64,000 nt of DNA from an uncultured Candidatus Binatia bacterium (GTDB taxonomy: Bacteria > Desulfobacterota > Binatia > Bin18). The notes under the pieces are model-generated. The model was not told where the DNA came from, searched no databases, and saw only the letters and a list, made by a program, of their open reading frames with translations. The number at the start of each line of letters is the position of its first letter. Positions within the stretch are counted from its first letter, which is position 1. The DNA lies in contig OZ243961.1 of the NCBI GenBank assembly GCA_965214605.1, positions 1,728,001 through 1,792,000 of the forward strand. The letters are read 5' to 3'. Shown here one piece after another: positions 33,068 to 42,507 of this stretch. Made by a program: the position numbers and the translations under genes.

Positions 33068-34195
33068 TTATTGCCGCCGCTCAGCAATCAGAGCGTCGAG
33101 TTCTTGGCGCAGGCGGTCAAGGACAACGTCGTAGCCGAAGTGGCCAAGCTTGGCACTCTTCTTTTTGAGATTGACCGTTGTCGGCCCACACCACAGACCG
33201 AGGTCGGCGTCATCCGTCTCACCCGGACCGTTCACCCGGCAGCCCATCACAGCGATGGTAATATCGTGCTGTTTAGCATAGGCCGTCATGGCTTTGACCT
33301 GCTGGGCAAGCTCGACAAACTTTTCGTTCTCCACCCGCGAGCAGCTCGGACACGAAATAATATTCAACCCGGAGTCTAAATCGGGCACCGATCGGAAGCG
33401 CCCGTTTTTGACATCTTCAATAATCTGAAAGCCGGCCGTCACTTCCTCATGCTTGCGCTCGTTGGGCAGGGTGAGGGAGACGCGCACGGTATCGCCGATC
33501 CCCTTGGCCAACAGTTTCTCAAAGGCGATCCGGCTTTTAATAATCCCGTCGGGAGGCAGGCCGGCTTCGGTGACACCAAGGTGCAGCGGCACATCGGGCC
33601 GGGCAGCAGCAAAGCGGGTGTTGGCCTCAACCACCTTGGCTGGATCTGAGTCTTTGAGCGACACAACAAAACGCTCAAAACCGAGCTCGTCCATCAACCG
33701 ACAATGGTACAGCGTAGACTGAATCAGGGCTTCCATTTGCTCACCCGGATATTGCTCCAGAAAGGATGGAGCGACCGATCCACAGTTTACTCCGATCCGC
33801 AAAGCCACATCGTTATCGCGGGCAATATCAACAATCCAGGCGACTTTCTGAGGAATAGTTTTGGCCTTTTCAATATGATGGAGATGGCCGGGATTGTAGC
33901 GGATTTTATCCACATACGGAGCAACCGCAGCCGCCACTTTGTAGTTTTCTTGCAGGTCAACCGACAGGGTAGCGGTCGTTTGGGAGCGGATCTCTTTGAG
34001 CGCGGTCGCCTCTTTGGGGTTATCGACCGCAATACGGACCACCCCGGCTCCCGCCTCCTGAAGCTGATAGACCTGGGCAACTGTTGCGTCAATATCGGTC
34101 GTCTTGGTCGCACACATGCTCTGGACAATAATAGGGGCACCGGAACCAAGCTCGACCTTGCCAACCCGAACAGCTCGGGTGGGGGTCTTTTCCAT
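33068..34195 (-). CDS. ispG: 4-hydroxy-3-methylbut-2-en-1-yl diphosphate synthase
   Basis: [47 protein letters not shown] and [12 protein letters not shown] motifs. Confidence 0.95.
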   Translation of the reverse strand: MEKTPTRAVRVGKVELGSGAPIIVQSMCATKTTDIDATVAQVYQLQEAGAGVVRIAVDNPKEATALKEIRSQTTATLSVDLQENYKVAAAVAPYVDKIRYNPGHLHHIEKAKTIPQKVAWIVDIARDNDVALRIGVNCGSVAPSFLEQYPGEQMEALIQSTLYHCRLMDELGFERFVVSLKDSDPAKVVEANTRFAAARPDVPLHLGVTEAGLPPDGIIKSRIAFEKLLAKGIGDTVRVSLTLPNERKHEEVTAGFQIIEDVKNGRFRSVPDLDSGLNIISCPSCSRVENEKFVELAQQVKAMTAYAKQHDITIAVMGCRVNGPGETDDADLGLWCGPTTVNLKKKSAKLGHFGYDVVLDRLRQELDALIAERRQ

Positions 34196-34222
34196 AGTCT
34201 TTCCTAGCTTGAGACCGCACGA

Positions 34223-34393
34223 TCAGTGCAGGATTGGCATTTTAGCGATAGGGGCGGAAGGATGCTTTTCGGCGTATTTCTGAAGCTGACTTTGAATCTC
34301 TGCAATCCAGCGCTCGGCTTTTTCTTCGTCAATCTCCCCTGCTTCCCGCTTGCGCTCAATCTCATCGAGAAATCGTTCAAAGAAGGTTTTCAT
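34223..34393 (-). CDS. 56-aa small acidic/helical protein upstream of ispG
   Basis: MKTFFERFLDEIERKREAGEIDEEKAERWIAEIQSQLQKYAEKHPSAPIAKMPILH; GAGGAGGAGG RBS; below the ORF-track cutoff. Confidence 0.65.
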   Translation of the reverse strand: MKTFFERFLDEIERKREAGEIDEEKAERWIAEIQSQLQKYAEKHPSAPIAKMPILH

Positions 34394-34492
34394 AGCCTCC
34401 TCCTCAGGGCCAGCTTGGCAGAAAAGGAGGCGGCCGTCTAGACCGAGGGTGGACGGTCGGTATTTGACTAGGGCACCGGCCAGGCGGACCTC

Positions 34493-35191
34493 TTAGAACG
34501 GCTCGTGCTCAAGGGTGACAGAGATCTGGAGGGGTTTTCCGGCCCGGATAATGGAGAAGGAAACCCTATCCCCAGGTTCATAGAAACTCAGAGTGCGGCT
34601 AAAAGCCTGGGCATCTCGGATAGGTTTATCATCGACCGCAACAATTAAGTCCCCGTGTAAATCCACAGGCGCGTGAGCGTTCCGGTTCGTATACACCTGG
34701 TGGGCAATGGTCAGCGGAATGGCGAAGGCTCCGGCGGGAGACATAGACAGGGCAAAGACGGCGACCTTGAACCAGTTGGAACCTTTTTTCTGGGGCGTAT
34801 TCGCCCCGATAAATCCAGCCTTGGCCGCCGGGCTGCCGGGGATGACGCTCAGGACATGGACCCCTTGTAAACCCTGGTCGGGTGTCACATACAAAGCCCC
34901 AAGATAGGTCCGCTGGTCGGTCGCAGGAGAGTCCGAGAAGCCTGGAGGAACATCGCCATAGGCGGACTTGATCTGGGAGGGGTCTTGAGCCGAGGCTTGA
35001 CCAAGCGTCTGATACGGGCCGACAGACGCTTCAGCCTTGGATGTCCGGGGGACAGGAGTGTTAAGGACCGGTGGTGGGACGCCAAGCGTGCTCTGTTCAA
35101 CTTCGCCTTGGGCCGAATCACTCTCTTGAGCACAGACGGCGAGAGGCCAGAGGAAAAGCGCGGCCAAGAGCCCAAAGGCAGAGATTTTCAT
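34493..35191 (-). CDS. Exported PDZ-domain protein
   Basis: Signal peptide; YLG, VIPGSPAAKAG and GDLIVAVDDKPI...PGDRV..IIRAG, with an insertion inside the PDZ domain. Confidence 0.8.
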   Translation of the reverse strand: MKISAFGLLAALFLWPLAVCAQESDSAQGEVEQSTLGVPPPVLNTPVPRTSKAEASVGPYQTLGQASAQDPSQIKSAYGDVPPGFSDSPATDQRTYLGALYVTPDQGLQGVHVLSVIPGSPAAKAGFIGANTPQKKGSNWFKVAVFALSMSPAGAFAIPLTIAHQVYTNRNAHAPVDLHGDLIVAVDDKPIRDAQAFSRTLSFYEPGDRVSFSIIRAGKPLQISVTLEHEPF

Positions 35192-35269
35192 CGCTTCCCC
35201 TCCTCATAAGGTGTGAACGGTCACCGGAGGCCACTATTATTCTACTGTCGGGACAATATGCAAGCCATA

Positions 35270-35788
35270 CTATTCAAGTCCGGCCAGGACCTGTTCGAGA
35301 TCTTCGACCGGCACCATGGTCCCGACCTCTTTAAAGCGGACGATACCTTGTTTATCGATAATGACATAGGCGCGATTGCCGAGCCGTTTTTCCTCATCCA
35401 ACCAGCCGGTATAGACCCGAATCACCTCGGGCGCTTCAAAGGCGCTCAGCAGGGGGTAGTCGAGTTTCAGCTGTTGGGTAAAGACCTTTTGGGACGCGCC
35501 GTGGTTAGTACTGATACCGAGGACTTTTGCATTCAGTTTTTTCTCGATAATATCCCCCTGACCGGAGGACAGTTGCAGGGTTCAACCAGAGGTGAAATCA
35601 AGAACATAAAATAACAGGACAACGTTGTCCTTGCCCCGAAAGTCCTTGAGGCACACCCGGCTGTCATCGCTTGACGGCAAACAAAAATCTGGAGCCGGGC
35701 CGCCGACCTCGGCCTTGGCCCAGGCCTGGCTGCTTAGCGCTAGCCAGGCGAGCACATTGATGAACAGATACAATCGTCGTGCGTGCAT
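35270..35788 (-). CDS. Exported peroxiredoxin-like (AhpC/TSA) selenoprotein; in-frame UGA at 35582-35584
   Basis: APDFCL...LKDFRGK.NVVLLFYVLDFTSG-UGA, frame continues TLQL...VLGIS...LDYPLLS...RAYVIIDKQGIVRF to TAG 35270; the UGA sits at the peroxidatic Cys position. Confidence 0.85.
35551..35571 (-). promoter_or_regulatory. Putative bacterial SECIS hairpin
   Basis: Minus strand UGUCCUCC-GGUCA-GGGGGAUA stem-loop; G-initiated loop starts 18 nt after the UGA. Confidence 0.65.
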
Positions 35789-35887
35789 AGATCGTCCTTC
35801 TCTTAATCCTGCTCCACCCAGAACTGGCGAGACTTGCGCCGGGCTTGCCCCTAGAATCAACGGACAGAGGCGATCCAGGAGGAGACC

Positions 35888-36109
35888 ATGACCAAAGCTC
35901 AGCATTGTCTGATGTGCGCTGAAAAATTATACACCATGAGTAACTACGGTGAACCGTCCGATGGACGTTGGCCGCCTCTGGTCGAAGACGAGCACTATGG
36001 CACGCTCATCATCTGCCCAGCGTGCGAGTCTGCACATCTGACCTTCATCGATGATTCGCCCGGCCATCCGGCAGTCCGCCGTATCCGCGCTCTCAAACCG
36101 CCCGACTAA
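35888..36109 (+). CDS. Small Zn-ribbon-like protein
   Basis: 73 aa, CLMC...CPAC; AGGAGG RBS. Confidence 0.65.
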   Translation: MTKAQHCLMCAEKLYTMSNYGEPSDGRWPPLVEDEHYGTLIICPACESAHLTFIDDSPGHPAVRRIRALKPPD

Positions 36110-36522
36110 ACCGAATCGGCGGGCCGAAACTTGACCAGCGTCATGTCCGGCGTCACATCGTCATAGGTGGCGACCACCGGCATACCGATCTTCATCGCCG
36201 TTGGGACGCAGCCAACAATATTGGTCGTCAGACGTGGGCCCTCCGCCAACTCAACAATAGCCACAATATACGGCACGTCTTCGGTAAAAGCAGGATGGGT
36301 AGGGGCTTGGGCGATGGTATAGGAATACACCGTGCCCTGGCCGGATGCCCGTATCCAGCTCAGCTCTGACGACAGACACTCAGAGCATACCTCGCGCGGG
36401 TAAAACAGGACCGTGCCACAGCTCTCACAGCGCTGGAGCCGGAGTTCGTGGCGTTTGGCGGCATCCCAGAACGGTTGCGACGAGACAGTCGGACGAGGAA
36501 GGGGCTTTTTGTAGTCTGCCAT
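36106..36522 (-). CDS. DUF35 Zn-ribbon/OB-fold protein
   Basis: PFWDAAK..EL.LQRCESC..YPREVCSEC, G.GTVYSYT, VELAEGPR. Confidence 0.92.
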   Translation of the reverse strand: MADYKKPLPRPTVSSQPFWDAAKRHELRLQRCESCGTVLFYPREVCSECLSSELSWIRASGQGTVYSYTIAQAPTHPAFTEDVPYIVAIVELAEGPRLTTNIVGCVPTAMKIGMPVVATYDDVTPDMTLVKFRPADSV

Positions 36523-36535
36523 ATGCTCTCCTCCT

Positions 36536-37702
36536 TTAGTTAACGCCGATCACCACACTGCACTGCTCGCTCATAATACCGCCGTTACCGTTGACATAGC
36601 CAATCGTGGCATCTTTGATCTGCCTCGCCCCGCCACGGCCCATCAGTTGACGTGCGCCTTCGATCAAATGACTCATGCCGCCAGCTAAGCCGGGCTGGCC
36701 AAACGACAGCTGGCCGCCGTGGGTATTACACGGGAAATCCCCCCGGTAGGACAGGTCGTGGTCCTGCACAAAGCGACCGCCCTCGCCCTTGGGACAAAAG
36801 CCGGCGTCTTCCAGTGTCACTAAGACCGTAATCGTATAGCAGTCGTAAGGCTGCGCAAAATCCATATCTTGGGGCGTGCGTTCGGCCATGCTGAAGGCGG
36901 CCGCGGCCGCGGGCTTGACCAAGGACGTGGTTAGACTCTCGGCTCGCGTAATACTACAGTGGCCACCCGCCTCACCGGCTCCCAACAGATGGACCGGGGT
37001 ATGGGGACTATCCTTGGCTCGCTCGGCACTGGTCACGATAAACGCCCCACCACCCGTACAAGGGCTGACGATCTCCAGCAGATGCAAGGGATCAACGATC
37101 ATACGCGAGTTCAGCACGTCCTCAATAGCGATCTCTTTGTGGCCAAACAGAGCCGCGGGATTTTTGCACGCGTTTGTGCGCTGATCAACGGCGATCTTGG
37201 CCAGCTGTTCGGGCGTTGTGCCAAACTCATGCATATGACGCTGAGCAATCAGGGCATAGCCCGGATTGGCTGCAATCAATCCGTACGGCGCATCAAACTC
37301 GGCGTCTAGCCGCGGAAACGGCGGCGGTTTTCCAACGCTCATCGTCCGACTCGTCCACGAATCTCCCAAGACGCACAACACATTCTCACACATGCCAGCC
37401 TCAATGGCTGCTGCCGCCCGCCAGAACATACCGGTGGCCGACGCCCCGCCTAACTCGACCAAGTCAAAATAGCGGGGGTGGAACTGCAGATATTCTGAAA
37501 TCACCGACGGCCACAGCACGCTGTAGTCGCCAATGGCCATACCTGTCAGCAGGCCATCAATATCCTGTTTTTTCAAACCTGCATCAGCAATCGCATCGCG
37601 CGACACCTCGCCGATAATGCCCAGAGGAGTCTTTCCCCCGCCGCCCTTCTGGGGTGTCATTTCGGCAAAGCCAATAATTGCCGCTTTTCCTTTCAGACTC
37701 AT
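36536..37702 (-). CDS. Thiolase-like protein (SCP2/Ltp2 type)
   Basis: DIDGL, AQRHMHEFGTT, YDCYT, GFCPKGEGG and NTHGGQLS motifs; adjacent DUF35. Confidence 0.88.
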   Translation of the reverse strand: MSLKGKAAIIGFAEMTPQKGGGGKTPLGIIGEVSRDAIADAGLKKQDIDGLLTGMAIGDYSVLWPSVISEYLQFHPRYFDLVELGGASATGMFWRAAAAIEAGMCENVLCVLGDSWTSRTMSVGKPPPFPRLDAEFDAPYGLIAANPGYALIAQRHMHEFGTTPEQLAKIAVDQRTNACKNPAALFGHKEIAIEDVLNSRMIVDPLHLLEIVSPCTGGGAFIVTSAERAKDSPHTPVHLLGAGEAGGHCSITRAESLTTSLVKPAAAAAFSMAERTPQDMDFAQPYDCYTITVLVTLEDAGFCPKGEGGRFVQDHDLSYRGDFPCNTHGGQLSFGQPGLAGGMSHLIEGARQLMGRGGARQIKDATIGYVNGNGGIMSEQCSVVIGVN

Positions 37703-37712
37703 ACTTCTCCTC

Positions 37713-38456
37713 CTATGATGCCATCTCTTTAATCACGGCCACGATCTGAGGCATGACAACCCCGGCCTTGTCTCGGATGATGAAATCGGAAATTGCGTCC
37801 GTCAATTCGGTCGGTTCGGGATTAATCTCAATCACCTGCGCCCCGGCTTCTTTAGCCACTCCAGGCATGGCCGCGGCAGGATACACTACGGCTGAGGTAC
37901 CGATTACCAGTATCAGCTCGCAGCTCTGAGCCTCTTCGTATGAGCGAAACAGGGCGCGGGACGGAATGGGCTCGCCAAAGAACACGCCGGCTGGCTTGAA
38001 CACGCCGCCACAGGAACAGTACGGGGGTAAGGTCTCAAGTGACACCTCGGCCAGAGGCCGTATCTTGTCACAACTCTGACACACCACTTGGCGCATATTG
38101 CCATGGAACTCAATCACGTCTTGGCTGCCGCTGGCCTGGTGTAGATTATCGACATTCTGAGTAATGATGCAGCCGAGAAGTCCCATCTGTTCCAACTGTG
38201 CCAAGGCATAATGGCCGGGATTGGGCTGGGCTGTCTTCAGCTCGGTAAAGTCGCGCATCATCTGCCAGACTTTGCTCGGATCGCGTAAAAAGGCGTCAAT
38301 TGTCGCATACTCTTCCGGATCATAGCGGTCCCACAGTCCGCCCGGATCACGAAACGTCGGAATACCGCTCTCAGCCGAAATGCCCGCTCCGGTCAGAGCG
38401 ATCGTCTTGCGTGAGTTCCGAATGGCCTGGGCAGCGCGTTCAATCCGCTCCTGCAT
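37713..38456 (-). CDS. cobB: NAD-dependent protein deacylase (sirtuin)
   Basis: GAGISAESGIPTFR, TQNVDNLH, HGN, two CxxC/CxC, GTSAVVYPAA. Confidence 0.92.
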   Translation of the reverse strand: MQERIERAAQAIRNSRKTIALTGAGISAESGIPTFRDPGGLWDRYDPEEYATIDAFLRDPSKVWQMMRDFTELKTAQPNPGHYALAQLEQMGLLGCIITQNVDNLHQASGSQDVIEFHGNMRQVVCQSCDKIRPLAEVSLETLPPYCSCGGVFKPAGVFFGEPIPSRALFRSYEEAQSCELILVIGTSAVVYPAAAMPGVAKEAGAQVIEINPEPTELTDAISDFIIRDKAGVVMPQIVAVIKEMAS

Positions 38457-38704
38457 CGCCTCGTCCTCCAGTCTAGCCGTTCCGCCTTCCGGTCTCCCGG
38501 TCAGCCCGCGTCATGCTGATCTGCTCACGTTCCGGCTCTTTCGTCAAGAAAAGCCAGGGCAAATTCGGGCCGTTGATCCGCATGACACCGGTCTGCATGG
38601 CCCCGGATTATACTCAACCCCCAAGCTGGGGATCGAGGGCTTGCATCCCTGGGCGGAAAAATAGAAACTCTGACTTGAGCTCACAGACACACAGGAGAAC
38701 AGCC

Positions 38705-39682
38705 ATGGCCTTCCCGACTCACCGCCCACGTCGCCTGCGTCGAAATGAACAGCTGAGGCGTGTGGTGCGGGAAACAGAGCTGAGTGTCAACGACTGTATT
38801 ATGCCGCTGTTTATTGTATCCGGCTCTGGAATAACCAACCCGATCAGTTCGATGCCAGGCATCGCTCAGTTGTCGATCGATCGGGCGGTCGAGGAGTGTA
38901 AAGAGATTCGCGACTTGGGCATTCCTGGTGTCATCCTGTTCGGCATTCCTGACCATAAGGATGCGGTCGGCTCAGATGCGTATGCCGATGACGGTATTAT
39001 CCAGCGGACCTTAGCCGTGCTCAAAGAAGAGGTGCCGGGCCTGTTGCTGCTGACTGACGTGTGCTTTTGCGAATACACCGACCATGGCCACTGCGGGATT
39101 ATCAAGGATCAGAGCGTTGATAACGACGCGACCCTGAAAATTCTTGCCAAAGAGGCAGTCTCGCACGTCCGGGCCGGCGCCGACATCATTGCCCCGTCGG
39201 ATATGATGGACGGTCGGGTGGGTGTCATCCGCCAGGCTCTTGACGCCGAGGGCTTCGCTCATATTCCGATTCTGGCCTACGCCGCCAAGTTCGCCTCCGG
39301 CTTCTACGGTCCGTTTCGGGAGGCGGCCGAATCGACCCCGCAGTTTGGCGACCGGCGCTCATACCAGATGGACCCAGCCAACAGCACCGAAGCCCTCCGG
39401 GAAGTTGCCCTCGACATTGAGGAAGGAGCGGACATCATCATGGTCAAACCGGCTCTTCCCTACCTAGATGTTATCCATCGGGTCAGGGAACGGTTTGATG
39501 TCCCGGTCGCCGCCTATCACGTCAGCGGTGAATATGCCATGCTCAAAGCCGCGGCCCTGAATGGCTGGCTGGACGAAGAACGGGTGATAATGGAAACGCT
39601 GACCGGGATTAAACGTGCCGGGGCCGATTTGATCTTAACCTATTTCTCCAAGGATGCGGCCCGACTGCTAGCACGGGTATGA
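38705..39682 (+). CDS. hemB: Porphobilinogen synthase
   Basis: [40 protein letters not shown] and YHVSGEY motifs. Confidence 0.97.
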   Translation: MAFPTHRPRRLRRNEQLRRVVRETELSVNDCIMPLFIVSGSGITNPISSMPGIAQLSIDRAVEECKEIRDLGIPGVILFGIPDHKDAVGSDAYADDGIIQRTLAVLKEEVPGLLLLTDVCFCEYTDHGHCGIIKDQSVDNDATLKILAKEAVSHVRAGADIIAPSDMMDGRVGVIRQALDAEGFAHIPILAYAAKFASGFYGPFREAAESTPQFGDRRSYQMDPANSTEALREVALDIEEGADIIMVKPALPYLDVIHRVRERFDVPVAAYHVSGEYAMLKAAALNGWLDEERVIMETLTGIKRAGADLILTYFSKDAARLLARV

Positions 39683-39888
39683 CCAGGCATGCGTTTCAGA
39701 TTGTTCAGGTCTATGGAAGAAACGCCGCCCCCTCTCCCCAGCTTGACAGCCGACATCAGGTCCGCAAAGCGCTGCCGCAGCCAAGAGGGACCGGGGACGC
39801 CCCCGCACAAGTACCGTTGGCCGTCTGCTCAGCGGACCTGGCAAAAAGAGCCGGAGCGGCTGATCGAAGAAGACTAGGAGGAGCGAAT

Positions 39889-40278
39889 ATGTGGAAAAAG
39901 TCCGTCATTGCCGGTATTGTGGCGCTGGCTTGTGGCCTGCCCGTGCCCGCTCATAGCGGCGAGTACGATGATTATGAGGATTATAAGGATGCCCACCCCT
40001 TGCGGCTGATTGCCTACCCGCTCCACGCCCTGGGCTACGGACTAGAACGGCTTATCACTCGGCCGATCCATAGTCTGGTCTCCCGACCGGCCCTGGCACC
40101 CGTGTTCGGTTATGAGCGGGACGAGTTCTCCTCTGAGCAATGCTCGACCGGCCTGTTTTCCTCCGGCCCGGCCTCCCCCCCCGTTCCACGAGCGCCGTTC
40201 ATAGACGCAAAGGAATCCGCCGCGGCCCTGCCATCTGAGCAATCGGCGCAGGAGGCTGACCTCCCGCTGCTCAGATAG
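39889..40278 (+). CDS. Exported hypothetical protein
   Basis: AGGAGG RBS, signal peptide, DAHPLRLIAYPLHALG..LERLITRP block. Confidence 0.6.
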   Translation: MWKKSVIAGIVALACGLPVPAHSGEYDDYEDYKDAHPLRLIAYPLHALGYGLERLITRPIHSLVSRPALAPVFGYERDEFSSEQCSTGLFSSGPASPPVPRAPFIDAKESAAALPSEQSAQEADLPLLR

Positions 40279-40299
40279 GCAGGCTCTTGCTTGAGCGGC

Positions 40300-41745
40300 T
40301 CAATCGGCAACATGCACAGCCGGGCGTTTCCCGGACCACGGGCGGGCCTCTTCCAGCTGGGAGGCCAGGCGGAACAGACTGGCTTCGTCACCTAAGCGGC
40401 CCACGATCTGCACGCCAATAGGCAGATCGTTCGAAGTCCAGTGCATGGGTAGCGACATCGCGGGCTGACCGGTTGTATTGAAGATCGGCGTAAACGGGAC
40501 GTACGAAAACACCTGCTGGGTCCATTCCATTGCCGTCATACCGGCCCGGTTCTGGTTGATCTCACCGTGGGGAGCGGGTGGACGGGACAGGGTCGGAGAG
40601 ACAAAAGCGTCATACTTTTGAAAGAAGGCCCCGACCTGGCGTGACAGCGTGTTGCCGTGGGCCATGGAGTTGAGCAGTTCAACCGCGGTCCGGCGTTTGC
40701 CGTCCTCGTAACAGGTCAGGGTGACGGCTTCCAAGATATCAGGACCGGGCGTGCGATCCATCAGCGCCGCCAGGTCGTCCACCGCTGAGGCCGTATAGGC
40801 GGTCCAAATGACGTGGACCTTGTCCAGAAACTCCTCCCAGTCATACATTGGGCGGTCCTCGACCAGCTCATGCCCGAGCTCTTCAAGGGCGCGGACCGTG
40901 GCGTGTACGCCTGTCTCACACGCACCATCAATCTTGTCACCCGAGGCCGGCGTCGTGGTCCAGGCAATCCGCAGCCTCCCGGCAGGCGCTCCCACCTCCT
41001 CCGCATAGGGTCGGACCGGGGGAACAGGCAGACTCGGCGCACCAACGTCGGCACCGGCAACCACATCGAGCAGGGCGGCCGAATCGCGCACGCTCCGAGA
41101 GACCACAAACTCGCACGCCAGTCCGCACAACGGATCTGAAAAATCGGGGCCGGTCGGCACCCGGTCGCGCGACGGTTTCAGACCAAAGAGTCCGTTACAC
41201 GAGGCCGGAATCCGAATTGAGCCACCGCCGTCGTTGGCATGGGCGAGCGGGACAATACCAGCGGCGACCGCCGCGGCCGAGCCACCGCTTGAGCCACCCG
41301 CGCTGTGTCCGGCTCGCCAGGGATTATGCACCGGACCAAACAAGGTCGTCTCGGTCGTTGGGTTATAGCCTAGTTCGGGGGTCTGGGTTGTCCCGCTGAG
41401 CACGAAACCGGCCCGCCGAAAGCGGGCCATCAGCTCGGAGTCGGTCTCCGGTATATAGCCGTGGGCTAGCCTTGAGCCCATATCGCAACGGACGTTTTTG
41501 GCGTGCAGGACTAACTCTTTGATGAGGAACGGCACGCCACGAAACGGGCCCTGAGGCAGGGCGCCGCGGGCTTCTGCGATAGCCTGCTCGGCCAGGGTCT
41601 GCAGAACAGCGTTCAGCCGCGGGTTAACCTTGTCGATCGCCGCGATGGCGGTATTGACTAGTTCTTCGGGCGTCACCTCTTTACGGGCTAGCAGCTCGGC
41701 CAGGCCAAGCCCATCGTATGCCGCATAGTCGTGGAGTGCAATCAT
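40300..41745 (-). CDS. Amidase signature family enzyme
   Basis: GVPFLIKE, GGSSGGS and DGGGSIRIPAS motifs. Confidence 0.93.
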   Translation of the reverse strand: MIALHDYAAYDGLGLAELLARKEVTPEELVNTAIAAIDKVNPRLNAVLQTLAEQAIAEARGALPQGPFRGVPFLIKELVLHAKNVRCDMGSRLAHGYIPETDSELMARFRRAGFVLSGTTQTPELGYNPTTETTLFGPVHNPWRAGHSAGGSSGGSAAAVAAGIVPLAHANDGGGSIRIPASCNGLFGLKPSRDRVPTGPDFSDPLCGLACEFVVSRSVRDSAALLDVVAGADVGAPSLPVPPVRPYAEEVGAPAGRLRIAWTTTPASGDKIDGACETGVHATVRALEELGHELVEDRPMYDWEEFLDKVHVIWTAYTASAVDDLAALMDRTPGPDILEAVTLTCYEDGKRRTAVELLNSMAHGNTLSRQVGAFFQKYDAFVSPTLSRPPAPHGEINQNRAGMTAMEWTQQVFSYVPFTPIFNTTGQPAMSLPMHWTSNDLPIGVQIVGRLGDEASLFRLASQLEEARPWSGKRPAVHVAD

Positions 41746-41781
41746 ATACTGGGTTCCTTTTATTTGTGAGGTCATCGCCGC

Positions 41782-42483
41782 TCACCACTCTTCGCAGAAC
41801 GGCCGGACCTCAACATGAAATGACCAGCCGGAACGCTCCTGGTGGACGACATGCCAGGTCGTGTCGGCAATCGCCGCCGGCTTGATGAAAAAGTCATCCG
41901 GCTTGTCTTTGAACATCCGGCGGGTCCACTGCAGGTCGATGACGGCATCAATCACCACATAGGCCACGTGAACGCCCTGCGGACCGAGGGTGCGGGCCAT
42001 GGATTCGGCCAGGATACGCTGGGCGGCCTTGGTCGGCGCAAACCCGGCAAAGCGCGGTTTTCCGCGGAGAGCCGAGGTATTGCCGGTGGCAATGACGGCG
42101 CCCTTTCCGGCCGCAATCATGTCCGGGGCCACGGCCCGGGCTAAGTACAGCAGCCCCATCGTATTGACCTGAAAGTTGCGCTCCAAAACCGAGGGCTCGA
42201 TCTCGAGAAACGTCCCAAAGGCGCCGCCCACGGCGTTGTGGATGAGCACCTCGGGCGCCCCCAGGCGCTCCTTTATGACAACCAACGTTTCATTCACTGC
42301 GGCCTGGTCGGACACATCGCACACAAAACCGGTCGTATGCGGAATCTCGTTCTCCAACCGTGATAACCGCTGTTCGTTTCGGGCCAGCATGGCGACCTGA
42401 TAGTCACCCGCGGCAAAACGGCGACTCAGGGCTGCTCCAGTACCTGGACCAACGCCGGAAATAACGCAAACGGGCCGTGTCAT
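41782..42483 (-). CDS. Short-chain dehydrogenase/reductase (atypical)
   Basis: GVGPGTG, HNA, FAPTK at the YxxxK position, GVHVAYVVID. Confidence 0.88.
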   Translation of the reverse strand: MTRPVCVISGVGPGTGAALSRRFAAGDYQVAMLARNEQRLSRLENEIPHTTGFVCDVSDQAAVNETLVVIKERLGAPEVLIHNAVGGAFGTFLEIEPSVLERNFQVNTMGLLYLARAVAPDMIAAGKGAVIATGNTSALRGKPRFAGFAPTKAAQRILAESMARTLGPQGVHVAYVVIDAVIDLQWTRRMFKDKPDDFFIKPAAIADTTWHVVHQERSGWSFHVEVRPFCEEW

Positions 42484-42507
42484 AACACTCTCCTATGGAC
42501 GCCGATC

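Noticed and set aside
35213-35614. 133-aa plus-strand ORF filling the apparent gap
   Set aside because: It is the antisense of the post-UGA half of the selenoprotein.
39683-39888. Riboswitch (c-di-GMP-like GCAAA/GGGACGC words) upstream of the exported protein
   Set aside because: Motif order and stems do not match the consensus.
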